Shown: positions 43,030-55,069 of the stretch, piece after piece
Numbering within the stretch: the first letter of the stretch is position 1
Layout: each line of letters opens with the position of its first letter
Origin: Chrysomallon squamiferum
Lineage: Eukaryota > Animalia > Mollusca
Assembly: GCA_012295275.1 (NCBI GenBank)
Contig: CM022670.1
Span: forward strand, 16,802,001-16,866,000
Direction of reading: 5' to 3'
Length of the DNA: 64,000 nt
The notes under the pieces: generated by a model
The model's input: the letters and a program-made list of their open reading frames with translations, nothing else
Database searches by the model: none
What the model was told of the DNA's origin: nothing
Made by a program: the position numbers and the translations under genes

Positions 43030-43370
43030 TGTGTAATCGCTGCTGTCAGACATTGTGGAAATCCTTTTCCTTTCAGCGTTTTGAAAAGAAAACCGGAACA
43101 GAAGACAAAAAGAGGATACGGCGTGCACAGTGTCAACAACGCGACAACATCGGCACAATGATGGGCACGTCGTCTTCTTTCAGTCGAGGCTTCTTAGCAC
43201 GGGTTAACAAGCAGCATATCGCTTGGTAAACACTCGCCAGCCAGCCTACAGCCGAACTGAATGAGATTCCAAAATGAGGCAGCCGGATGTTCTGACCGGA
43301 AGTCACATTTGACGCTATTTGACGCGTCAAGAAGTCTCTGAAAATGAGTTTCTTCCGGTGTAAACAAATT
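43030..43370. promoter_or_regulatory. CpG-rich island with clustered ETS motifs, candidate enhancer or alternative promoter
   Basis: ACCGGAAC 43092, CCGGATGT 43283, ACCGGAAGT 43295, CTTCCGGT 43352; forkhead GTAAACAA 43360. Confidence 0.45.
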
Positions 43371-43539
43371 TGTGTTGTGAAAATTAGCTTCTCTTAGATA
43401 CCTAAAATTTACATTAAAACGTTTAATATAAGGAACATAATAACGATGGGAAATAATTAGTAACAAAAATAAAAGAGAATAAGGATAAAATAATAGCAGT
43501 TATGGTTGTAATACGTGTGAAATAATCATGAGTATTAGT

Positions 43540-44276
43540 TTTGGTAGTCGTTGTGGTATAATTAGCTGTAGTGCTAGTAGCATCAGTAAACGTAGTAGTA
43601 GTAGTTGTTGTTAATAGTTGTATTAGAGTAATAGCAGTATTAGAGGTGCAAAAATAGTAGAAGTGGTAGCAGTAGTAGTAATATAGTAACCGTGATAGTA
43701 ACAGAAGCAGTAATGGTAGAAGTATTAGCAGTAATAGTAGTAGTAGTAATGGGCAGTGTTAGTAGGAACAGCAGGAATGATAGTAGTAATAGAAGTAATA
43801 GTAGCAGTAGTTGTAGTAGTTATAGCAGAAATAATAGTAAAAGTAGTAATAATAGTAGCAATAGTAGTAGTAGTAGTAGAAATAATAGTATTAGGGTTAG
43901 TAGTAATAATAGTAGTAATTGTGCTAGTAGTAGCAGTAAAAATAACAGTCATAGCTGAGGTAATAGTAGTAGTAGTAGTAGTAGTAGTGTTACAGTAGTA
44001 GTAATAGTGTTATAGTAATTGTTGTAGGTTGGTAATAGTAGTGTTGGTAATAGCAGTAACAGTAGTATCGGTGAAATAATAATAATGGTAGTAAAAATAA
44101 TATCGGTAGTAGCAGTAGCAGCAGTAATAGTTGTAGTACAGTAGTAGTAAGGTTAATAGACGTAGCTATAATGGTAGCATTAGTAGTAGTAATAGCAGTA
44201 ATAACATGGGTACTAAGAAGTAGTAGTAACAGTAGTAATATTAATAATAATAGCAGTAGTAATAGAAGTCACAGTG

Positions 44277-44326
<50 letters not shown>

Positions 44327-44410
44327 TTTAACCGTAGTAATAGAAGTACTAATATTAGTAGTAATAATAGTTATAGTAGTAGACGACATAGTACTAATAG
44401 TAGAGACATC
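43540..44410. repeat. Long degenerate (AGT/AAT)n trinucleotide tract
   Basis: GTAGTAGTA/GCAGTAATA runs over ~870 bp. Confidence 0.9.
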
Positions 44411-45518
44411 AACAGATCATAATAATAAATAAATAAAATAAAGAACATTAATATATAAATAACCATATTTTTAAAGTTATACATAATTTGTTTAAAGCAA
44501 TATATTTTTAAATTATCTTTTATAAATTTTATTTGCTGAGCTTAACTGCCCTCAAATTTGTATTTGTATTTTGTTACTAAAACTTTGCAAAATGATACTT
44601 TTTTGAAAGACGGTATGTTACCCATGTATGTATAATAAAAAAAAAAAAAAAAAAAGAAAGAAAGAAAAAAAATAAATAAATACACTTTCTGTTGTGTACC
44701 TGTTAGCACATAGTATGACACAAAGAAATAAAATATCCATATATTGATGTCAATAAAATCTACATCTGCTCATGCAAATTAAAAAGATTCCTTTTTTGAT
44801 TTTTATGAGAGGGGAGGTTATACAATAAAAATTCGTAATTTTTTTCTTCTTATTTATTATTTTATTGTAATTTTTTTTTTATTATTAGTATTTTTAAAAA
44901 ATCAAAACCCATAACCTTTTGTTGGTGTGTTATTAAAAATAAATTAATAAATTTGGTTTGTAAGGTAAACGTTTTTTTTTTTTTTTTTTGTAATTGTTTT
45001 CTTCTTTCTTTGTTTTGTATATTTTTATATATTTTTTCAAAAATATTATTATTATCTTTTTTTTTTTTTTTTAAAAAAGAAAAAAGTTATAAGGAAATAT
45101 TAACATCCGCTTAAATTTAATAGATTTTAAAATAGAATACATTGTTATTTATTAACAGTGTGGCGTGTTTTTTGTGTTTTTTTTTGTGGGGGGGGTTGTA
45201 CACAATAGGAGGTATATTAATAATGGTAAGTATCAAACACTCACATTAATTAATTTACTTATTTATTTTTATTAAAATACCTAGAAGAAAAAGATATAGA
45301 AGAAAAATACAGGTGTGAAAAAGGTACTAAGAAAAGAAAGAAAGATTAAAATAAAATAGAAACCGAAAACATTAAACAGAAGAAAATGTTAAAACTTTAA
45401 AACAGGAAAATAAATAAATTAATTAATTAATTAATTAATTAGGGTTTCTAATCAGCAAGTTTTATTTTTCTTAACAAATATAAATAAAATTTATCATTTA
45501 TAATTTTAAAATAAATAA

Positions 45519-45522
<4 letters not shown>

Positions 45523-45595
<73 letters not shown>
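45523..45595. repeat. (AT)n microsatellite ~1 kb upstream of the Dmrt start codon
   Basis: Perfect AT run. Confidence 0.95.
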
Positions 45596-45598
<3 letters not shown>

Positions 45599-46199
45599 TG
45601 CGATTAAATAAAAATAAAAATAAAATACCTTGAAAAAAAATAATAGTAATTAAAGATATTAATACTTTAATTATATTATTATTCTTTTAATTTTATTAAT
45701 TAATTTTATAATTGTGTTCAAAGAAAAAAAGATTAAATATAGACTTCAGTTTTCGTTTCTTATTTAACAGCTTAATTAATAAGTCTACCTTAGAGTTTAA
45801 TTAATGTATTATTTTGTTTATTAATATTCAAATGTCAAATAACAAATGTTCAAATAAATACTCACAAACACATACAACCCTCAGTCGAGAATATATTACA
45901 GTATCAAATTACTTGATTTATTTCATCATTTGATTTCTTAAAACAAAATAGTGCACTATTTTAAATAAATTAGTTTTTTTTTGGAGGGGGTTACATTTGC
46001 CAGTTTGAAATAAGATTCAGTTTTGTTAACAGAAACGCAAAGAAAATCGATGTCATAACCGAGGTATTTTCGTGGAGCATTAAGATTTCACGCAGACAAC
46101 TAACAAGAGTAGCGCTGGAGAAAAAAAAAAAAAAAAGAGAGACTTGTACACGGCGAGTCACTTTATTAAAGTGTTATTTGAAAATTCACTTCAATGCCT

Positions 46200-46575
46200 T
46201 GCCCTCTGAAACCGTGACCAGTTATCACTACGGGTAGCGGCAGGTGAGATTCAGTTTGATTACCTGTCGGCGACACGGCACTTGACGCTTTTCCGAACGG
46301 TACAGCACTGAACCTCGACCAATCAGAGAACAAAAAGTCGAGAGTGTATTTGATATAGAGAGCCGAGATGTTACGCGGATAACAACGAAGGCAAGGAAGA
46401 AGGCGTGTCCAAACGATTTGACAACAGTGTCTCGATCACGTTGCCGTGACAAGTAATTATATCGAGACCATAGGCTGGGACGGCCCTCTGCTTGTAACTT
46501 GTATTTACACCGAGTGATACTTCATTAAGATTAAAGCGAGAGAGACGTTTGACTCGGAAGGACCGTAAAAGCGAG
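46200..46575 (+). promoter_or_regulatory. Proximal promoter / 5' UTR of the Dmrt gene
   Basis: CpG-rich stretch directly upstream of the ATG. NF-Y-type CCAAT box GACCAATCAG (CCAAT 46319-46323), weak TATA-like GATATAG near 46352, and a 4-codon upstream ORF at 46368-46382. The TSS cannot be determined from sequence alone. Confidence 0.6.
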
Positions 46576-47041
46576 ATGAGTTGCACAATAGACGAAGACA
46601 GAAGTCATGATGCTTCCAATCCACCGTCCAGCCATGGTCAGCCGTTGTTTCTGCGGGCCACAGATCGTTATCCCAGAACGCCCAAGTGTGCCCGATGTCG
46701 AAACCACGGCGTAGTGTCGGCGCTGAAGGGACACAAACGCTACTGTAGGTGGAGGGACTGTGTCTGCGCCAAGTGCACCCTCATAGCCGAGAGACAGCGA
46801 GTGATGGCTGCCCAGGTCGCGCTCCGCAGACAGCAGGCTCAGGAGGAAAACGAAGCCAGGGAGTTAGGACTTCTGTACGGGCCCTCTGGACTCCTCCAAG
46901 TGAACACCGACATGTACCCGTCTGGAGAATCGAAACCCTATTCCAATCCAAAGATAAACCTGTCTCCCAACGCGAGGTCACATTCGTATGACGGATCGTC
47001 ATCCCCTCGACCGTCTCCTTTTGACGAACATCAAAGTCCTG
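46576..47041 (+). CDS. DMRTA2: Dmrt4/5 (DMRTA2 / dmrt99B-like) coding exon 1, containing the DM zinc-binding DNA-binding domain
   Basis: The first in-frame ATG is at 46576 (GAGATGAG). The translation includes [71 protein letters not shown], which is nearly identical to the DM domain and following helix of the DMRTA2/Dmrt99B group as I recall them. The exon ends at the canonical donor G|GTAAGT (47041|47042), phase 1. Confidence 0.96.
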
Positions 47042-47323
47042 GTAAGTGAAATATCTTTTTTTATATATATCTACACTTATAATACAGTTCTTTTCAACTT
47101 TCTCTTAACAGAATTCTTCTATCTTTAATCTTCTGTTGATTTTTTTTCTACACCTTTTAGTAGCATTTTGATTAAAACATTAAAAAGTTTTATCTGGATT
47201 GGGTGTTAAGATTTGGTTAATAATGTATTAAGTTGTTGTAATTATTTCTGTCAGTATTGTTATTTCATTTAAGATGTCTTCAATTCTTGTTTACTTCATT
47301 TTTGTTTTAAAGTCTCTGTTTTT

Positions 47324-47433
<110 letters not shown>

Positions 47434-49372
47434 TAATCGTTTGTTAGACAGTTTGATATTTTATTTAGGACTAAAGTTAATCTGATGTTATGGTGTACTT
47501 CTGTTTTATTATAATGAAGTAGTTATATCATAAAAGCAGTACAAAACGTTTTCTGTATTTTTTTTTTATACAAAAAACATCCCACAATGATATTTCAATA
47601 GATTCTTAAGTGTTTCCCCATTGCAAGCTTTACCCAGTGCTTGTTTTTGTTCTTTTTTGTATTGGTTTTTATTGTTCTTGTTACTTAGGGTTTTTGGGGG
47701 ATTTTTTTTTTTTGGTATTATTCTTTGTATTTTAAAAATAATGATGGAAAAAGTAAAATACTCACCATATATTTTAAAAGGTTTTAATAAATTAGGAAAT
47801 TAACTCCCAGGTTTATAAAACATAATTAAATGAGCTTTTCGAAAAATTTGAATTTTGTTCACTATTTTAAAAATTCGTAGGTTTCACACACAAACTGATA
47901 ATTAATTCTATAGAAAAAGTAGTAAGTTAAAATTTACTGAATCTCAAATTTTTAAAATTAATATTAAATCCATTCTATTTTTTTTTTTTTTTGACTGAAG
48001 TATCCACTATGTTGCATTCTTTTTCATAAAGGGAGATTTCGTAGAGAGATAAACATTTTCAAATAATTTGCACCTTAAATAATTGTGTATTTTCATCTGT
48101 AATTATTAATACTTCACTTGTGTTTTTATCTCTGCACTAATCAAAGTTAAATATTATTTAATATATATACACACATGTGCATGTAAGTTTGCCTGATTGT
48201 CATCAGTATATAAACTGCAATTTTAATTTCTTAATTACTTTCTTTAGTTTCCCTCTTACTGTAAATTAAAAGTTTGATCCACATTATATATATATATATA
48301 TATACATAAAATACAATTTTGATTCAAATATGCTGCTCAGATTTATTTATTTATTTATTTATTGATTTTATTGATTTTTAAAATATTTTATTATTATTAA
48401 TTGTTTTTTTATGGTAAGTTCAATTTTTATATGACAGCTCAAGTTTTAATACTGTTTCTTAATTATGTTCATGTGCATGCTTAATGGAAGAAAACCAAGA
48501 AATAAAAGAAATAGTAAAAATAAAAGGGAAAGTAATACGCGATTCAAAGACACACACATATCCACACATACAATGCATACAATACACAAACACACAAAAA
48601 CATACATGTAACATACAAACACACACAATAGCAGACACGTACACCCACACACACACACAAACACGTTTCAGACGATTAATATCAGGTTAGTATTGTGGTT
48701 AAATTGCAGCTATTAACTAAGGACATTCATAACTACATAATAAAATAATTTTTGCTTTTAGTTAGGAAATATATTAATGGACATTATTCTTCAATGAATG
48801 AATAAATGGATGAATATATGAATGAATAAATGATTAAAAGGATGAATATACAAATGAATAAATTACATAATTTTACTATCTCGAATAAATATGGATGAAT
48901 GAATTTATGTATGTATGAATGAATGAACGAACGTATGAATGAATGAATGTTTAGGTTGTTCTTGTGTTTTATCATTATGATGATATAAAAACGTGGTTTT
49001 TTTTTTTTTTTTTTTTTATCACATTGTATTGCTTTTAACAGTAACCTCGACTAATTCTTAAGAACTAAAGCCTTCATAATGGATGTTTTTAGTGTCGTAC
49101 TTTCAATTTTAAACAAGACATAAACTATGGAATATAAAGTGCTGTAAATAAATCACGTTATACACAATCACATAAGTCTCACATAAATTTTAATACAGTT
49201 TAAACATAAACATTTATTACTTAGAAGAATCACAAAATAAAAAAAATAAAAATAATAAAATCGATTTTATTTTTCAAGGTATTTTTTCTAATTGCAATTT
49301 AAAATCTGGTAAAAGTATATGTATGAAGTAGTTTGCCTAAAATAATATCATATAACCCAAAAATATACGATA

Positions 49373-49417
<45 letters not shown>

Positions 49418-49789
49418 CATAATGATGATGATAATGACGATGATGATAATAATAATATTAAGAACAACAACAAGAAAGAAAGAAAGAAAGAAAGAAAAAT
49501 ATAAACAAACAAATGAGGAGATGTGTTTAATTTTAAAACTGTAACAGTTTATTTACTCGAGTTTTCTTTTGAACTGAAATAAAATTCTTCGTGTTTTATT
49601 CCTTGCTCAGTTTTTCATACACGTAGAAAATTACTCACTGAGAAATCCTATGAACTCTAAACTTTGTATTAGAGAAAATCAAAAGTAAAAATTTAAACCA
49701 ATGTTAATTTGATGAAATGTGTGAACCATGACATCATTCAGTGTTTAATAAACCTTTCATATGACATCATGTTTTATCTCATTAACTAA

Positions 49790-50525
49790 ATTTGACTGTA
49801 GCTTACTTCACTATTAGACTCTATCTAGTACAAACATTTGACTTAACTATTTGACCATATCTGATCCAAATATTTCATTTTAACTTCATTATTTTGCTAT
49901 ATCTGTTACAAACACTCGTCTGACTATATCTGATACAAACATTTAATTTGTTTTCATTATTTGACTATATTTAACACGAACACTTCATCTGACTTCACTA
50001 TATGACTCTATCTGATATAAACATTTCATTTAGCTTCATTATTTGACTATATTTAACACAAACACTTCATTTACTTCACTGTTTGCCTACATCTGACACA
50101 AACACAACAAATTTTACATCATTATTTAAACATATCTGACACAAACACATCAAGTTTTTATTCATTATTTAAATGTATCTGACACAAACACATCAATTTT
50201 TTATTTCATTGTATAAATATATCAGATACAAACAGATCAATTTTTACTTCATTATTTAAAAATAAACCTGACACAAACACATTAAATTTACTTTATTATT
50301 TATATATATATATATATATATCTGACACAAATACATCAAGTTTTATTTCATTCTTTAGATATATCTGACACAAACACATCAAGTTTTTATATTATTATAT
50401 AAATATATCTGACACAAACACATCAAGTTTTACATCATTATATAAATATATCTGACCAAAACACTTCAAGTTTTATTTCATTATATAAATACATCTGACA
50501 CAAACACATCAAATTTTACTTAATT
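49790..50525. repeat. Intronic ~37-42-bp minisatellite (TATCTGACACAAACACATCAAGTTTTATTTCATTATATAAA-like), roughly 18 copies
   Basis: Recurring ATCTGACACAAACAC core; copies are more homogeneous toward the 3' end. Confidence 0.9.
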
Positions 50526-50674
50526 GTTCACTTCATACGGATACTGTTGTTAAAAATATTGCCAAAATTTAGTCTTTCTGATTTGTTCAGATGATGATAT
50601 ATTGTATAAAGTTTTGAGATTTGCCTTACGTTAATGAATTTAACTGTACGTTAATTTATATATCTGTGTGTGTG

Positions 50675-50714
<40 letters not shown>

Positions 50715-52184
50715 TTATGAATTCGAGATGTCTGCAATGACGTGTTTGTTAAAAATTGCGTGTTTTCTTTTGAAAGGAATATGAAAGTGGGCGTTTTGTT
50801 ATCGTGTTAAGAAGGTATATAACGGAAATCAAGACTTTTAGTGACTGGACGGTTTATGAATAAAGTATATGTTCGTGTATTGTTCAGCAATTTATGGCCC
50901 TCGTCTTAAATTGCAATTACATTATGTGAAAGGCTTAATGCATTTCTTGAAATAGAGATAATTTAGATCAACGTTACGGAAAACTGTGTAATACCAGTGA
51001 TGGTTGTAAACCTTTATAATGTTACCAAACTGAAATAACCAGTGACAGCCAAACACATAATGCCACCAATTCGATAAGATTTTTTTTTTTTGTTGATAGA
51101 ATTACATTAGAACATAATTTTATAAGAATTAGTTTGTCTTTTGTTTAGTGTTTTCAGCATGACGATATCTTTCTTTTTTTCTCTCTCTCACCCTCTCTCT
51201 CGAAATTTACACTATTCAACGTAACAATTTGTTGTCACTGTGCTAAAATTGTAATTGCAAATTGAAACCGATAGCTGAAAACTGGATATCATTTAACTCA
51301 TTAACATGCCATTTAGGCGTAATGATACAAAAATAAAAATAAATAAAATGAAAAAGATATAATCTTATTCGAATGGATCTCAATGAACAAGCATTCGCGA
51401 ATCCGTACGACAAATATACAGTTACCTGACAGGCGTGTGACACTCAATGAATAAGACAAATTTTATGTTAATTCTATTTCTTTAAAAAAAAAAAAAAAAA
51501 CTAAACAAAGAAAAAAAAATAAAATAAAAAAAAAGATTGAGAAAGAGAGAAGATGGGATTCTGCAATATTTGATGTATTAAAATAAAGATAATAAAATAA
51601 TACAGTCATTAGAATTTGTGAAAGAAAAAAACAACAACAAAAAAAACAACAAAAAAAAACTAAACTTTCTTTATAAAGAAAATATTGTGAGAAAACATAC
51701 TCACAAAATTTTGCTATATAAGACCAATAAATACGTCTAATTTGAAACATGATGTACACACTATCGGTCGTAAAATTATTTTAACGATTTTGCTGAAATG
51801 AATGCATGCAAAACGTTTAAACAGTTTTGACATTTATTGCATATGTTGATTCCACGCGATACGACGTTTGTAATGGGTCGTAATCTTCTTGTTTTGTTTT
51901 TCTTTGTTGCTATTATCGATAAATTTAAAACTCAAAACAAACCGTACACAGCATATACCACTAACAACAACAACAACAACATAAAAAAAAAACCCACAAA
52001 ATATGTCTTAAATAGTTATACCAGAACATCAGCTAACATAAAATAGCTTTATGACTTGAATATGAACAAACAGGTTGAGACTGCAGGTGCTTTGTGATGA
52101 GTCATAGAAGTAAATATCATATCAAAGTCACTGCTGCAACTGCGAAAAATAACTTTAGAAGTTTCGGTGATATAGAAATAACTA

Positions 52185-52226
<42 letters not shown>

Positions 52227-52689
52227 TGTTTTTTTCTTAATATATGTGTATGTAAATATTCATATATTCAGCAGTAAACAAATACCATTTATGCATATTA
52301 TTTGCAACGAATACAAAATACTTTTTATTTATTTATTTATTTTTGTTATACATTTAAAGTTGAAATGTATGTCAATTCTGCAACACAGATTTTAGTGAAA
52401 ATAGAAATAAATAATTTTATAACAGACTAGAGTAAACACAGCTAGCATTTAGAAAGTTAGTTTCAAAAAGTACATATTGGAAAAAAAGAGAGAATATTTA
52501 ATCTCTCTTTATACCAGTAGAACTCTGCGTGTGCGTGTGTATGTATTTGTAAGTGTTTTTGCGTGTGTGCGTCACTGTTGTATGTGTGTTGTATGTGTGT
52601 TTACATGTGTATAGATGTGTTACAAAGGAACCTTTTCATACACGATATGAATACACAACAGGGGGGTTATGCAATTTTCAGGTTTTTGT

Positions 52690-53066
52690 AAATTGGACCG
52701 TAATTAAGCAGTTTTCGTCTTATTAAGCTTCATTTATCAGTTCGATCGACTGTTATTGTGTCTACCAACAAAATGCTAATCTGAGAATTTTGTTTCCTAT
52801 TCACGCCATGAAATTATTGTATAGAGAAACCATTTACATGGTTTCAAGTCGTCTATTGAGACAGCGACACAATAGACGCCAGCGACTCCCGCGCTCGTTT
52901 GAAGGACGTGTTGAAATCCGAGAAGGGCCACCAACAACAGAGCAACATGTTACAAACCTCGCATCGGACTGTATATCAGAAGTACATGTTACGATCTTTT
53001 TGCTTTCGCCTTTGATCATGAAGTCGCGATATTTTTTTGTTGTTGTTGTTATTTTTTTTTTATGTA

Positions 53067-53102
<36 letters not shown>

Positions 53103-53640
53103 TGCTTTTCAAATTTATCTTTGTGAAATGATTAATGCTTATCGAACGGGCTTTTCGAGACAACCGAAAGCAATGAAAACATTTTGATTGAAGTTGCGCG
53201 TTTTTCTCACCGGCTGGATAGATTTTTACTGACGTTCATAACACTTTCTTCTACACCTGAAAGTAATTCTTTTTACATCAATGAGCAGAACCACGGAGAG
53301 ACAGAATGGCTTGTTCCACGGGAGGGAGGTTTGATGTATCCAATGTTACGTCATTTATAGCTCGAAGGGGATATGGAGACGTGGCGAGAATTCGAAGCCA
53401 CCCCTGCAGTACCCGTCTAACCACCGTGTCCAAATTAACAGCACGTCGTTCTGTCGGATAGGTCCAGTAAAGATCCCCGTGTGACAGTTATGTTCCACAA
53501 ACAGCCGTCACATGCTGGCAACATGGCGGCGCCCATACGCTGGCATTGTTCGAGATATCGTTACGCAAAATGTTAAGTCTGCGACCTACCTGTGTGACGT
53601 TCGCTTTGACGTTTAACAATGCTGATGAATTCAGAGCTTT
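52690..53640. promoter_or_regulatory. Intronic CpG-rich island, candidate enhancer
   Basis: High-complexity, CpG-rich block inside the Dmrt intron. YY1-type CAACATGGCGGC at 53519; TCF-like TTTGATGT near 53330. Confidence 0.45.
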
Positions 53641-55069
53641 GAATTATAAAAGTAAAATATTTCTGTAAGATATTTAAATGAGGAGAATGTAGCCTGACTG
53701 GTTGTTTGAAACACAAATACTGTGTGTATACTGAGACTTGAGTAAATCAACCGATATTAAAATCTGATTACAGTATTAAAGGCTATTTGTATAAATTGTG
53801 TATATTCACACAGAAAGTCATAAACACACACGCGCACGTACACACATATTTACATACACACAGACATACATACACTACACACATATACACACCACATATA
53901 TACATTATATACACACACACACTACATTCTCATACACATACACATATACATACTTCACACACAGAAATACACACACACTGACAAGTAATATAAAGGAAAT
54001 TCACATTCACGCACAGATTAAAAATTCATTAGCAAAAATGTGACAGATATGATGTCCAGTATTTATAATATACATTAAGCTGTAATCACTGTTATTTGTA
54101 ATAAACCAGTCCTTTTAACTTAAAATAAATATATTTAAAACTAATACAAGTTGTATTACTTTAAACAAATAAACAAGTAAATGATTTCATTTGTAGAAAA
54201 GACAAAATTCCAGAGATTTCCTCTAAACTGGCACATACATGAAAATAATAAAATCAGTTCTGTTTGTATCACAGTAAGAAAGTAAACAACAATTCTTATT
54301 TTTTAATTCGATTATGAACTAGGCGGGTACAGTGTTTTTTTTTTTTTTTTTTTAAACTGCACTGTAACATACAGAGTTAAATACCTCGAAGGCCTTTTAT
54401 TTGGGTAGCTGTTTTGAAACAGTTTAAAATGTTTCTAAAGTGGCGCGTAGAAAGAAAAAAAAAGAGAATGAAACACGCGAGATGAAAAGAGAGGTTTTAT
54501 CTGTAAAGTCATCTAGTTTGCTACATTAAAAGAAAGTAATTTGTAGTCTGCTGTTTATTGTGTGGATACCCGTCTCGACTCAGTACTGGAGTCAAATGTC
54601 AATCAAGCGTTTCAACAAACTTCTTTCATCTTACCGAACTCTGGTTGATGTCATGTTTAATGGTTTTGAAATAATTTAAAAAAAAAGAAAGAAAAAAAAA
54701 CCTTTCTAAGATATCACTTTAGTCATCTTGCCCTTCTCACTACTTTATATTCTTTATAACTCTTGAATAAAATAATTATATGTAATAAATAAACACTTCA
54801 GTATTTGAATACTTCACTGTACAAAAAAAAAAAAAAAAAAAATGTGTATATTTTTATTGGTATTTTAACTCCATTTGAACGTGGAATTTAAGTAAAATGA
54901 GACTTATTTAAAATATTCGTAAATTTTTCTTTACCCATATATTTAAATAATTAATCGATTTCTGAAAAAAAAAAAAAAATTATCATCGATAACGTAGTTA
55001 TTCTTTCATATATATATATAAATATTTTATGACATTTTATGAATCAGAACGTTTCTTCATATTTTTCAG

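Noticed and set aside
46549-46575. ORF-track start at 46549
   Set aside because: It is a TTG codon; the first in-frame ATG is at 46576.
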